NCBI GenBank assembly: GCA_040397585.1
Contig: JBBAVS010000003.1
Span: 5,169-69,168, forward strand
DNA length: 64,000 nucleotides
Reading direction: 5' to 3'
Source of the DNA: Pirellulales bacterium
GTDB lineage: Bacteria; Planctomycetota; Planctomycetia; Pirellulales; UBA1268
Both the position numbers and the translations under genes were made by a program. Under the pieces are notes generated by a model. That model was not told the origin of the DNA. It saw only the letters and a list, made by a program, of their open reading frames with translations, and ran no database searches. This document shows, piece by piece, positions 36,807 to 46,700 of this stretch (the first letter of the stretch is position 1; each line of letters starts with the position of its first letter).

Positions 36807-39800
36807 TCATGGCTCGGCCTCGTCCCGGCCGCGAATCTGCCGGAACTGCGGGCTGAGCACGATCGCCTCGATGGCGACGCCGGCCCGGTGATCGGCCGCT
36901 GCCAGCCGCGCCTGAATCTCGTCGAGCAGGGGCTCGTCGGAGAGCTGCACCCCGCGTCCGAGGGCGAAGCCGAGCAGCTTACGGAGGAAGTGACGTTCGA
37001 AGCCGTGGGCGTGGACGGTCGCCAGGTAGCCCCGGAGATCGGCGGCACCGGCCACCCTGGTGCCGTCGGGCAGCACGGCGGCGGCGTCGATCGGCCTGCC
37101 GACCGTGTCGCTCGCCCGTCGCCGACCGATCGCGTCGAACTCCTCGAGCGCGAAGCCATAGGCGTCGAACCGCGCGTGGCAGCCGGCACAGGCGGCGTGG
37201 CTGGAATGGAGGGCCGTCAGCTCCCGCTCGGAGAGGCCCGCCGGGGGCGCCTCGGCCAGGAGAGGCACGTTCTTCGGCGGCTTTGGCAGCCGTTGGCCGA
37301 GGAGGCCCTCGCTGAACCACGTGCCCCGGAGGATCGGGCTGGTCCGCGACGCCCCGGACTGTTTCGAGAGCGTGGCCGCCAGCGTGAGGATGCCCCCCCG
37401 GCCGTGCTCCCGCACGCCCTCCACCCGCCGCCACCCGGCCCCGGTCACGCCCGGGATTCCATAGTGGAGGGCGAGGGACTCGTTGAGAAACGTGTGGTCG
37501 GCGTCGATGAGCGAGAGGATCGACCGGTCGTTCTGGAAGAGGTCGGTCAGCAGGAGCACCACCTCCTCGTGCATCGCAGCCCGCAGGCCGGCGAACTCCG
37601 GGAACTCCTCCTCGCTTTTCTCGTCGTGGACGTCGAAGCCGTGGACGTGGAGCCAGTGCGTGCCGAACTCCACCGCGAGCCGACGGATCCGCGGATAGCG
37701 GACCATCCGTCGCGTCTCGGCGAGCAGCACGTCGGGATCCTGGAGGCGGTCGGCCACAGTGGCGAGCGGCTCGTCGGGCAGGGACGACCAGAGGAAGTAG
37801 CCCAGCCGCGTGGCCAGCTCGCGGCCCGTCACGGGCTCCGGCGCGGGGCCCGATCCGGGCGTCTCGAGCTTGTAGAGAAAGGCCGGCGCCACGAGCACCC
37901 GGGCGATCAGCAGCCTCACGGCCTCGTCGTGGGCGAGGCCGTCGCGCCGCAGACGATCGTAGAGATCCCGCAGGGCGGCCGACTCCCGCCCGTCCAGCGG
38001 CCGCCGCCAGGCCCGGTCCGCCAGGGCGAGCACCGCCGCGACCTGGACCGGTTCGGCGGCCAGCAGCCGCTTCTCGAAGGCCTCGATTCGGGCCTCGATT
38101 GCCGGTCTCAGGGTCACGAAGCTGCTGGTGAGGTCGCTGCGATCCTGCGTGGTGAACTGCACGAGCTGCTCGTGGGCGTCCTGCAGCCGATAGGGCTCCT
38201 GGGCTATGAAGAGCAGCTCGTCCCAGAGACGGTCGAGGTGGGCGGCCTCGGCCTCGTCGAGCAGGAGCCGCCTGAGCCGCTCGTCCTCGCGGTAGAACAC
38301 GTTGAGCGTGATCACCTCGTCGACCGGCACGATCCGCGCGTAGCACACCGCGGGAGGAAAGAGCTCGCGAAAATCCGCGAAGGCGGCGGCAAACCGTTTC
38401 CAGGCGGCGCCGTCCGGGGCGGCGATCACGGGGTCGGCCGGGGAGAGCGCTGGCCCGGCGGCGGCGGCGGCATCGGCGGCGGCGACCACGAACGCCTGCA
38501 CCGCGGCCTCACCCGCCGTCGCCGGATGCACCGTGGCGGCGACCACGAACTCCCGGCCGGCGGCCAGATTGGCGGGGATGCGGAACTCGACCGTCGCCGG
38601 AGCCCGCAGGCACAGGTCGTCCGCCGCGACGGGACCGTGACCCGCCGGATGCCGGCCGAAGACGGGAGCGTCGGCGGCGGGCTGGGCCTCGTCGCCGGCG
38701 GGCTCCGACCCGAGGGATCCGAGCCGAGGCAGCAGCGGGCCGGCGGCGGCGAGGAGTTCGTCGCGGAACCGGCGATCGGCCTCGTCGGCCTGCTCGGGGG
38801 CGGCCGCGCCGGCGAACAACTGCTCCAGGTCGGCGACGATTGTCCCGCGGTCGGCTGCCGATGCTTCCTGCCATCGGGCCAGGAGGGACCCGCCGGGCAC
38901 CTGCCAGCCGTCCGCGCCGGCCGGCTCGCTGCCGAGTTCCCAGACACCCTCGCGGCCAGAGGCATCGGCCACCGGGTTGCCCGCGCGGATGCCGCGGCCG
39001 GGGGCGGTGTCGGCCAGCTCGGCGGCGAGGTTCCACGCCGCGCCGTCGGCATGGATCACGAGGTCGACCGCCGTGGAATCGCAGGAATGGTCGCCGTCGC
39101 GGGCATCGATGACCAGGCACAGCCGGTCGTGCTTCCGCATGACGACGCCCGTGATCGGCTCGATCGGCACCATTTCGGAGCGGTTGGTCGCGGTCGTGCC
39201 CGACGCCAGCTGCCGCCGGGTCGCACCCCGGCGGACCTCCAGGCTCCAGGCGACGCCGTTGCCACACCCCACGTGAGCCTGCCCGACGGCCCCCTCGACC
39301 CGCACCGTGAGCGGCTGCGGACTCCTCCAGGCGACCACGGCGCGGCGATCGGGCGCCGGGTGCATGACGACTCCGCCGGGCTTGAACTCCGCGGGGGTCT
39401 TCAGCGACTCGCCGCCGCTGTTGGCGAGGATGCTCAGCGCCTGCTCGCCCGACCAGCCGGCGAGGCTCTCGTGGCCCGCCACCGCGGCGGCCTTGGCGGT
39501 CAGGAGGAAGCCGCCCGCCGGCGCGGGCGGGGACGCCCCGAGAAGATCGACCCACGCCGCCAGCACGCCCGGATCCACGCCGTGCTTGGCGGCGAGGTCG
39601 GCGAGCGGCGCGGGCTCGCGGCCGACGGCCCGGGCCGCCTCGGCCTCCCCGAGCGCCTCGAAGCATCCCCGCACGGCCGTTGCGACCGCCGCGCGGTCAC
39701 GGGTGACGGCGGCCGCCCCGCGGTTGAGGTGCCGCACATGCAGGTCCGGAATGTCGGTCGCGATGAGCCGCGGGTTCTCCCAGACGATGAAATCCTGGTC

Positions 39801-41003
39801 GCTTCCGTCGCCCGCATCGGTGGCCACGAGCCGGACGACCGCCGCATCGCTACCGGGCGGTACCGCAAGCTTCACGCGAAACTCCCGCCGGTGCACGAGC
39901 GGCTCGACGGGCTCCATCCAGGCGGCCGGGCCGTCCGTGCGGCCGAGGTGCCGGGCGATCTGGCCGACGGTGTTGAACTTCCACAGGGCCCGCTGCCACG
40001 GGGCGATCGTGTCGGCGACGATCCGGCCGCCGGCTTCCGGGTCCGTCGGCTTCGAATCCCGCCACGCTCGGTGGACGCTCTCCACGAGGGGCGACCGCGC
40101 CTCGTTCGCCGCGGCGACCGCCTGCCAGACGGTCGCCAGATACGTGCGGCTCAGTCCCCGCTCGCCGGCGACGGCCGCGGTCTCGCCGGCGGCGAGGGCC
40201 TCGCGCCGGTCGGAGATGGCCGCGAGATACCGGGCGACGGGCAGGCCCCCCTCGCGGCCCATGTCGAGTTCGACACCCTGGGCGACCGTCTGCATCGCCT
40301 CGTCGAGCGGCGCCGTGAAGCGGCGGTAGAAAGACCGCAGCCGTTCGAGGCACTCGTCGGTCCAATCGGCGCGGCTGGTGCCCTCCGCGAATCGCAGGCC
40401 GTCGGGCAGCAGCACCGCATGGGCCGCGACTCCCTTCGCCGCCTCGAGATACTTCTCCGCGAGGGCGGGCGACATCACCAGCGCCTGTCCGGTGTTGCTG
40501 AACCCCTCGCCCGCGGCGCCGTCGACGGGAAACTCCCGGGCGGGATCGAGCGTGGCCACGCCGGTCAGGTCGCGGATCGTGGAGGTGTATTCCGCGTTGT
40601 CGAGGCGGCGGAGCACGACCGCTCCCGGATCCCCGGCCCGGGCGACCGCCTCGCGCCTGAGAAAGTCCTGGAGGAAGGCTTCGAGCAGATCCCGTTCGGC
40701 CGTGGTTGGCTGTGCGGCGTCCTTGGGGGGCATCTGACCGTCGTGGATCACCTCCCGCGCCCGCTGCCAGGTGCCAAGGGTGCCGCGAAGATCCTCGAGC
40801 GACGTCGCCGACGCCAGGTCGACGTCGCCCTCGACGGCGTCGCCGGCATGACATTCGTGGCAGTAACGGGCCACGAGCGGCCTCACGTCGCGAGCGAGCC
40901 GGGCGTCGAGATCGTCGGCCGCGAGACAGCACACGCCTGCCGCCACGAGCATGACGCCCGCCAAGCTTGCCACCATGATGATGCGAGTGCGGCGCACCGG
41001 CAT
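36807..41003 (-). CDS. DUF1592-family giant (PSCyt3 + DUF1587/DUF1592/DUF1595/DUF1588/DUF1585-type modules)
   Basis: Strong SD (AAGGAGG, 6 nt) before the ATG at 41003. N-terminal TM/signal IIMVASLAGVMLVAAGVCCLA. CxxCH module VRPLVARYCHECHAGDAVEGDVDL. DUF1588-like TSPILRGTWFSEGLLGQRLPKPPKNVP. DUF1585-like CAGCHARFDAYGFALEEFDAIGRRR. Confidence 0.9.
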   Translation of the reverse strand: MPVRRTRIIMVASLAGVMLVAAGVCCLAADDLDARLARDVRPLVARYCHECHAGDAVEGDVDLASATSLEDLRGTLGTWQRAREVIHDGQMPPKDAAQPTTAERDLLEAFLQDFLRREAVARAGDPGAVVLRRLDNAEYTSTIRDLTGVATLDPAREFPVDGAAGEGFSNTGQALVMSPALAEKYLEAAKGVAAHAVLLPDGLRFAEGTSRADWTDECLERLRSFYRRFTAPLDEAMQTVAQGVELDMGREGGLPVARYLAAISDRREALAAGETAAVAGERGLSRTYLATVWQAVAAANEARSPLVESVHRAWRDSKPTDPEAGGRIVADTIAPWQRALWKFNTVGQIARHLGRTDGPAAWMEPVEPLVHRREFRVKLAVPPGSDAAVVRLVATDAGDGSDQDFIVWENPRLIATDIPDLHVRHLNRGAAAVTRDRAAVATAVRGCFEALGEAEAARAVGREPAPLADLAAKHGVDPGVLAAWVDLLGASPPAPAGGFLLTAKAAAVAGHESLAGWSGEQALSILANSGGESLKTPAEFKPGGVVMHPAPDRRAVVAWRSPQPLTVRVEGAVGQAHVGCGNGVAWSLEVRRGATRRQLASGTTATNRSEMVPIEPITGVVMRKHDRLCLVIDARDGDHSCDSTAVDLVIHADGAAWNLAAELADTAPGRGIRAGNPVADASGREGVWELGSEPAGADGWQVPGGSLLARWQEASAADRGTIVADLEQLFAGAAAPEQADEADRRFRDELLAAAGPLLPRLGSLGSEPAGDEAQPAADAPVFGRHPAGHGPVAADDLCLRAPATVEFRIPANLAAGREFVVAATVHPATAGEAAVQAFVVAAADAAAAAGPALSPADPVIAAPDGAAWKRFAAAFADFRELFPPAVCYARIVPVDEVITLNVFYREDERLRRLLLDEAEAAHLDRLWDELLFIAQEPYRLQDAHEQLVQFTTQDRSDLTSSFVTLRPAIEARIEAFEKRLLAAEPVQVAAVLALADRAWRRPLDGRESAALRDLYDRLRRDGLAHDEAVRLLIARVLVAPAFLYKLETPGSGPAPEPVTGRELATRLGYFLWSSLPDEPLATVADRLQDPDVLLAETRRMVRYPRIRRLAVEFGTHWLHVHGFDVHDEKSEEEFPEFAGLRAAMHEEVVLLLTDLFQNDRSILSLIDADHTFLNESLALHYGIPGVTGAGWRRVEGVREHGRGGILTLAATLSKQSGASRTSPILRGTWFSEGLLGQRLPKPPKNVPLLAEAPPAGLSERELTALHSSHAACAGCHARFDAYGFALEEFDAIGRRRASDTVGRPIDAAAVLPDGTRVAGAADLRGYLATVHAHGFERHFLRKLLGFALGRGVQLSDEPLLDEIQARLAAADHRAGVAIEAIVLSPQFRQIRGRDEAEP

Positions 41004-41116
41004 GTGATCCTCCTTCCACGCAGCTTGGGCGTTGATGCCCCGGCCCGAAGCCGGAACCACGCCAATGAAGTTTATCGCGACCCGGCCTTGCTGGCCGCCG
41101 CGCGAGATCCCGCCCC

Positions 41117-42154
41117 TCACAGCTTGAACAGCCGCCGGGCGTTGCCGCCCAGGATCTTGGCCTCGGTCTCCGCAGGCAGGCCGAGCTGCTCGAACGCCCC
41201 GAAGATCTCGGCCGCTTCAACCCAGGGATGGTCGCTGGCGAACAGGAGCTTGTCGGCCGACGTGAAGTCGAGGGCGAACCGCATCGCCTCCGGCAGCGGC
41301 GAAACGATGTCCATGAAGATGTCGCGGAGGTAGTCGCTCGGCTTCTTCCGCAGGTGCTGCGGCCCGCGCTTCAAGACCCTCACCTGATGATCCATCCGGC
41401 CGCAGAGGTAGGGCAGCGCACCGCCGAGGTGCGGGCAGACGACCGCCAGGTCCGGATGCCGGTCGAGGAGGCCGCTGGCGATGATCCGGGCCAGCGCGAT
41501 CGTGTCCTCGAACATGTTGCCGAGCGTGCCGGTGAGCTCGTAGCCGCAGACCGCATCGGTAGTCAGCGGCTTGGCGGGGTGGAGCAGCACGGGCAGGCCG
41601 AGTTCCTCGGCCCGCGCGTAAAGCCAGTGGAAGGGAGCCTCGTCGCACCAGACGCCCGCGAGGTTCGAGTAGAGCAGGATGCCGCGGAAGCCAGGCAGGC
41701 CCAGGCAGCGCGTGAGCTCCGCACGGGCCGCCTGCTCGTCCTGCAGCGGCAGGGTGGCGAGCCAGCTGAAGCGGCCCGGATGGAGCGGCACGAGCGCCGC
41801 CAGCGCGTCGTGGATCCGCTCCGCGATCCGCAGGCCGTCGGCGCCGAACCATTCCGGTCCCGGATCGTTGGTGCTCAGCAGGGCGTGGTCGATGCCGCTG
41901 GCGTCCATCATCGCCAGCTTGTCGGCCACGCTGGCGTAATGCGGCGGCACCTTGCGGAGCCAGCCGCCCATCCGCAGCATCGTCGCGCCGTCCTGGTCGT
42001 AGACGAGCGGCTCGGTGGTCCGCCGCCGCATCTCCTCGAGCACCTCGGGCAGAAAGAGATGGGTCTGGCAGTCGACGACATACGGCCGTGACACCGGTCG
42101 GTCCGGGACGGCAGACTGCGTGGTCGGGCCGGGCGGGCGGGGTATGGACGGCAT
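41117..42154 (-). CDS. Amidohydrolase-2 (ACMSD/TIM-barrel metal-dependent hydrolase) family protein
   Basis: N-terminal metal-ligand region YVVDCQTHLF. C-terminal LLFASDHPWV...KILGGNARRLFKL, typical of the amidohydrolase_2 family. It starts 11 nt after the sulfatase stop. Confidence 0.8.
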   Translation of the reverse strand: MPSIPRPPGPTTQSAVPDRPVSRPYVVDCQTHLFLPEVLEEMRRRTTEPLVYDQDGATMLRMGGWLRKVPPHYASVADKLAMMDASGIDHALLSTNDPGPEWFGADGLRIAERIHDALAALVPLHPGRFSWLATLPLQDEQAARAELTRCLGLPGFRGILLYSNLAGVWCDEAPFHWLYARAEELGLPVLLHPAKPLTTDAVCGYELTGTLGNMFEDTIALARIIASGLLDRHPDLAVVCPHLGGALPYLCGRMDHQVRVLKRGPQHLRKKPSDYLRDIFMDIVSPLPEAMRFALDFTSADKLLFASDHPWVEAAEIFGAFEQLGLPAETEAKILGGNARRLFKL

Positions 42155-42165
42155 GGCGGCGGGGA

Positions 42166-43680
42166 TCACTTGCCCTCCTCTGCCCACGCCTTCATCAGCG
42201 CGATCGTGTGGCGGATGCTGTCGGTCCTGGCATCCCACGGCCGGCCGAGGTACACCGCCATGTCGCTATCGTACATGGCCTCGGGTTCGGATCCCGGGTC
42301 GTGCGTCTCGGCCATCCACGCGTCGAGGCGGGTCCGGAGCTCGGCGAGCGTCTCCCGGTGGGCGGGATCGGCCGCGAGGTCGTTCACCTGCCAGCGGTCG
42401 GCGGGCCATTCGTAGAGCTCCTCCTCCGGACGCGTCGGGCTGAAGAGCAGCCTTTCCTGCAGCGGATCGAGCCGGCGGGCGTCGTGCCAAGCCCGGAGCG
42501 TCTGGAGGATGCTCTTGGAGTCCTTGTAGGCATTCGGCTGGAGCAGCGGCCGCCGGGGATGGAAGTTGCGGATGTAGAGAAACCGGTCCGTGCGGACGCT
42601 GCGGATTCGATCGACCGTCTCGTCGCAGCGGTCGCGGGCCGCGAACACCGCCTCGCGGGGCCGGTGGTCGGCGGCGAACAGATCGCGGGCCTGCATGGTC
42701 GCCGGCGGCGGGATGCCGGCGGCGGCCAGCGAGACCGCGGCGATGTCGATGAGTTCGACGAGGTCGTCGCGGACGCCCCCCCGGGCGATGCCCGGCCCGC
42801 GGACGACGAGCGGCGTCCAGGTGCCCTCGTCGTAGAGAAACTGCTTGCCCCGGGCATGGCTGATGCCGTTGTCGCCGCAGAGGATGATCACGGTCTCGTC
42901 GAGGATGCCCTCCGCCTCGAGCCGGGCCACGATGCGGCCGACGTGCTCGTCGGTGAGGCGGATGGCGTCGAGATACGCCGCCCAGTCGCCGAGCAGCACC
43001 GGGTCGCGGGGGTAGTACGGGGGCAGGGTGACCGCGGCCGGATCGGTGGCGCCGTCCAGGTCGGCGGCGGCACGTTCCGCGAGCCTCCGCGCCGACTCGA
43101 CGCTGTTGCCGCGGAGCTTGCCCCCCGCCAGCTGGGCCTGCATGAAGAAGGGCTGGCCGGCCGTGCGGCCGGACCAGTCGCTGCCGGCGAAGATCTCCGG
43201 GTTCCAGTCGAAGTTGTAGTCGGTCTTGCCCAGTTCGCCGTCCGTGCCGGTGCCGCGGCGGTTCTCCGTCGGCAGACCGCTGCCGATGCAGGTGTAGTAT
43301 CCCGCCTCCTGGAACAGCTCCGGGATCGGCCGCACGCCCGGCGGCAGCCGGATCCTCTCGACCCCGCGGCCGCTGCGGTGGTGGTGGGCGCCAATCATGG
43401 TCTGGTAGCAGCCCGTGATCACCGCCGAGCGGCATGGCGAGCAGACCGGCGCGGTGACGAACGCCCGCGTGAACCGCGTGCCCTCGCGGGCCAGCCGATC
43501 CACGTGCGGCGTCCGGATCGTCCGCTCGCCGTAGCAGGAGAAGTGCGGTGAGACGTCGTCGAGGACGATCCAGAGGATGTTGGGCCGCGCCGCCGCTCCG
43601 GCCCGACCGGCGAGCAAGGCGGCCACCAGCAGGACCACGCTGAACCCGCGGACGGCGAATCTGATCAGGGGTCGATGCAT
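42166..43680 (-). CDS. Secreted formylglycine-dependent sulfatase (arylsulfatase family)
   Basis: Signal peptide MHRPLIRFAVRGFSVVLLVAALLAGRAGAAA. PNILWIVLDD. Sulfatase signature CSPCRSAVITG (CxPxR). Only the last 504 codons of track ORF 42166..46038 are taken, because the rest runs out of frame over the RND gene. Confidence 0.9.
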   Translation of the reverse strand: MHRPLIRFAVRGFSVVLLVAALLAGRAGAAARPNILWIVLDDVSPHFSCYGERTIRTPHVDRLAREGTRFTRAFVTAPVCSPCRSAVITGCYQTMIGAHHHRSGRGVERIRLPPGVRPIPELFQEAGYYTCIGSGLPTENRRGTGTDGELGKTDYNFDWNPEIFAGSDWSGRTAGQPFFMQAQLAGGKLRGNSVESARRLAERAAADLDGATDPAAVTLPPYYPRDPVLLGDWAAYLDAIRLTDEHVGRIVARLEAEGILDETVIILCGDNGISHARGKQFLYDEGTWTPLVVRGPGIARGGVRDDLVELIDIAAVSLAAAGIPPPATMQARDLFAADHRPREAVFAARDRCDETVDRIRSVRTDRFLYIRNFHPRRPLLQPNAYKDSKSILQTLRAWHDARRLDPLQERLLFSPTRPEEELYEWPADRWQVNDLAADPAHRETLAELRTRLDAWMAETHDPGSEPEAMYDSDMAVYLGRPWDARTDSIRHTIALMKAWAEEGK

Positions 43681-43699
43681 GCGATCCTCGCAGGGCTCA

Positions 43700-43725
43700 T
43701 TGGATGATCGAGTTGGATGATCGAG
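43700..43725. repeat. Perfect 13-bp tandem direct repeat (TTGGATGATCGAG x2), 20-45 nt upstream of the sulfatase start codon
   Basis: Read directly: ttggatgatcgag at 43700-43712 and ttggatgatcgag at 43713-43725. It lies in the 104-nt spacer between the RND pump stop (43785) and the sulfatase ATG (43680). Possibly a regulator binding site. Confidence 0.8.
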
Positions 43726-43784
43726 GTTCGCCGCGGACGGTGAAAGGCGGCGCGGGCGCGTTCCGGCGCCGACGGTGGTCGCGG

Positions 43785-46700
43785 TCATGATCGCTCCTCG
43801 TCGCCGAGCGGGATCCGCCCGGCGGAGCCGCCGAGCCCGGCCTCGTCTTCGGGCGTGCGACCGGGGCCCACCACCCGACTGCCGAAGGCGTAGAAGAGCG
43901 CGGGTGTCACGATCTGGTCGAGGATCGTGGAGCCGAGCATGCCGCCGAAGACCACCACGGTCAGCGGGTAGAGGATCTCCTTGCCGGGCTGGCCGGCCCC
44001 GAAGAGGAGCGGGAGCAGCCCGAAGAACGACGTGAAGGCCGTCATCAGCACCGGGGCGAGCCGCTCCAGGCTGCCGCGGATCACCATCCGCTCGCCGAAG
44101 GGCTCCCCCTCGTGCTGCATGAGGTGGATGTAGTGCGAGATCATCATGATCCCGTTGCGGCTCACGATGCCGATCAGCGTGATGAACCCGACCCAGTGGG
44201 CGACCGAGAGGTTCGTGGCGGAGGCCCAGACCCGTGGCCACTGCCACCAGGGAGCCGCCGCGAGCGCCTCCGCCGAGGGCTGGTTGACGATCAGCAGCGC
44301 CACCACCGACCCCAGCGCGGCCAGGGGCACGTTGACCAGCACCTGGACCGCGGCCCGCCACGATCCCAGCGCCTTGCAGAGCAGGAGGAACACGCCCACC
44401 ACCGCGGCCGTGCCGAGCACCAGGAGCCGGAAGGTGGCATCCTGCTGGGCCGCGAACTGGCCGCCAAGCTCCACCGTGTAGTCGCCCGGCAGCGCCTGCA
44501 GGTCCGTCCTCACCGGCTCGATCGCCGTGAGCACGTCGGCGACGACGCCCGAGAGGTCGCGGTCGGCCACGTTGCAGGAGACGACGATCCGCCGCTGCAC
44601 GTGCTCCCGGTTGATCGTGTTCGGGCCGGTCGTGTCGAGCACCTCGGCCACCTGCCCCAGCGCGACGCGGCGGCCCGACGGGGTGTCGAGGATGGTCTGG
44701 TTGATGATTGCGGGGCTGTTCCGCGAGTCCTCGTCGTACCAGACGACGAGGCTGAAGTAGCGGTCGTCGTCGAACACCTGCGACACCACCCGCCCCTTGT
44801 AGGCGGTCTCCAGGAGCTCGGCGACGTCCCCGGGGGCCAGCCCGTGCCGCGCCGCCTCGCGGTGGTCGACCCGGAGCCTCACCTGGGGGATCTCCACCTG
44901 GGGCTCGACCTGCAGGTCGACCACGCCGGGGATGTCGTGCATCCGGCTCTCGATGTCGGCCGCCGCCGCCCGCAGCGCGCCGAGGTCGGGCCCGAACACC
45001 TTGACCACGATCTGGGCGCGGACGCCCGAGAGGATGTGGTCGAGGCGGTGTGAGATCGGCTGGCCGATGTTGAGCCGCACCGAGGGAATGTTGGTGATCC
45101 GGTCGCGGATGTCGGCCACCACCTCCTCCCGCGGGCGGCCGACCCGCTCCGAGCCCCAGAGGTGGAGCACCGGCACGAGCCGCAGCGCCGCGGCCGCCCA
45201 GCCAGGCGCGGGCCGCTCGTGGGGCACCAGCCGGACGTCGATCTCGGAGGAGTGGACCCCTTCGGCGTGCTCGTCGAGCTCGGCCCGGCCGGTCCGCCGG
45301 GAAAGGCTCACCACCTCCGGCACGTCGAGCACGAGGGCCTCGACCAGCCGCGCCACGCGGCTGCTCTCCGCCAGGCTCGTGCCCGGCTCGGTCTGCACCC
45401 CGATGGTGAGCGTGCCCTCGTTGAAGGGAGGCAGGAACTCGCCCCCCATCCAGCCGATCATCGCCAGGCTGGCGATCACGAGCACGGCCACGACGGCGAG
45501 CACGGCCCGGGCGTGGCGGAGCGTGAACCGCAGCACCGCCTCGTCGAGCCGCTTCAGCCACCGCAGCAGAAACGAGTCTGCGGCGTCGTCCAGCAGCCGC
45601 GACTTCGCGAGCAGCAGATACCCGAGCACCGGCGTGACGGTCAGCGAGACCGCCAGCGAGCAGAGCAGCGAGATGATGTAGGCCAGGCCGAGCGGCGCGA
45701 ACAGCCGCCCCTCGAGTCCGGCCAGGGAGAACAGCGGCAGCACGACCAGGGCCACGATCAGCGTGGCGTAGACGATCGAGTTGCGGACCTCGGCCGACGC
45801 CTGGAACACCACCCGCAGCGGATGCTCGGGCCGCGCCGCGTGGCGGTTTTCCCGCAGGCGGCGGTAGATGTTCTCGATGTCGACGATCGAGTCGTCGACG
45901 AGGTCGCCGATCGCCACGGCGATGCCGCCGAGGGTCATGGTGTTGATGGTGATGCCGAAGCACCGGAACACCAGGATCGTCGCCAGGATCGAGAGCGGCA
46001 TCGCCGTGAGTGAGCTGACGCTGACCCGCAGGTTCCACATGAACAGGAACAGCACGACCACCACCCAGATGGCCCCGTCACGGACCGCCTCGACGACGTT
46101 GTCGACGGCGGCCCGGATGAAGTCGGCCTGCCGGAAGATCCGCCGCTCGATCATCACGCCCGGCGGCAGGTCGGCCTCGAGCTGGTCGAGCGAGGCGTCG
46201 ATGCGGCGATCGAGCGCCAGGGTGTCGGCGTTGGGCTGCTTCTGGATCGCCAGGATCACGGCCGAGCCCCCCTCGAGGCGGTCGTCGACCTTCACCTGCA
46301 CGGCGCCGTCGCCCCGCTTCACCGGCCCGCCGAACACCACGTCGGCGACGTCCTTGATGAGCACCGGCCTGGGCACCCGCCACACCAGCGGCGTGTTGCC
46401 CACGTCGGCGAGCGTGAACGACTGGCCGCTGATCCGGATCAGCGACTCGCGGTTGGCGTTTTCCATCACGCCGCCGCCGGCGATGGCATTGGCCTTCTGG
46501 GCCGCGTCGACGAGCTGCCGCAGGGTGACGTCCTGCGCCGCCAGCCGGGCCGGCGAGGTGATGATCTGGTACTGCTTGAGGATCCCGCCCATCACCGTCA
46601 CCTGGGCCACGCCCTCGAGGGCCAGCAGGCGGTTGCGGATGGTGAACTCGGCCAGGGTCCGCAGCGCCAGCCCCTGCTCCCGGGCCTCGGCGGCCGTCGT

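Noticed and set aside
36561-41333. 1590-aa ORF on the plus strand, the longest in the window
   Set aside because: It is exactly antisense to the DUF1592-family gene. The translation is Arg/Gly/Pro/Ala-rich low-complexity sequence with no recognisable motif. This is the typical stop-free mirror frame of a GC-rich gene.
43681-46038. N-terminal 786 codons of track ORF 42166..46038 (1290 aa)
   Set aside because: Only the last 504 codons, from the ATG at 43680, form a sulfatase with a signal peptide. The upstream part is an out-of-frame read across the CusA-like gene and the intergenic spacer.
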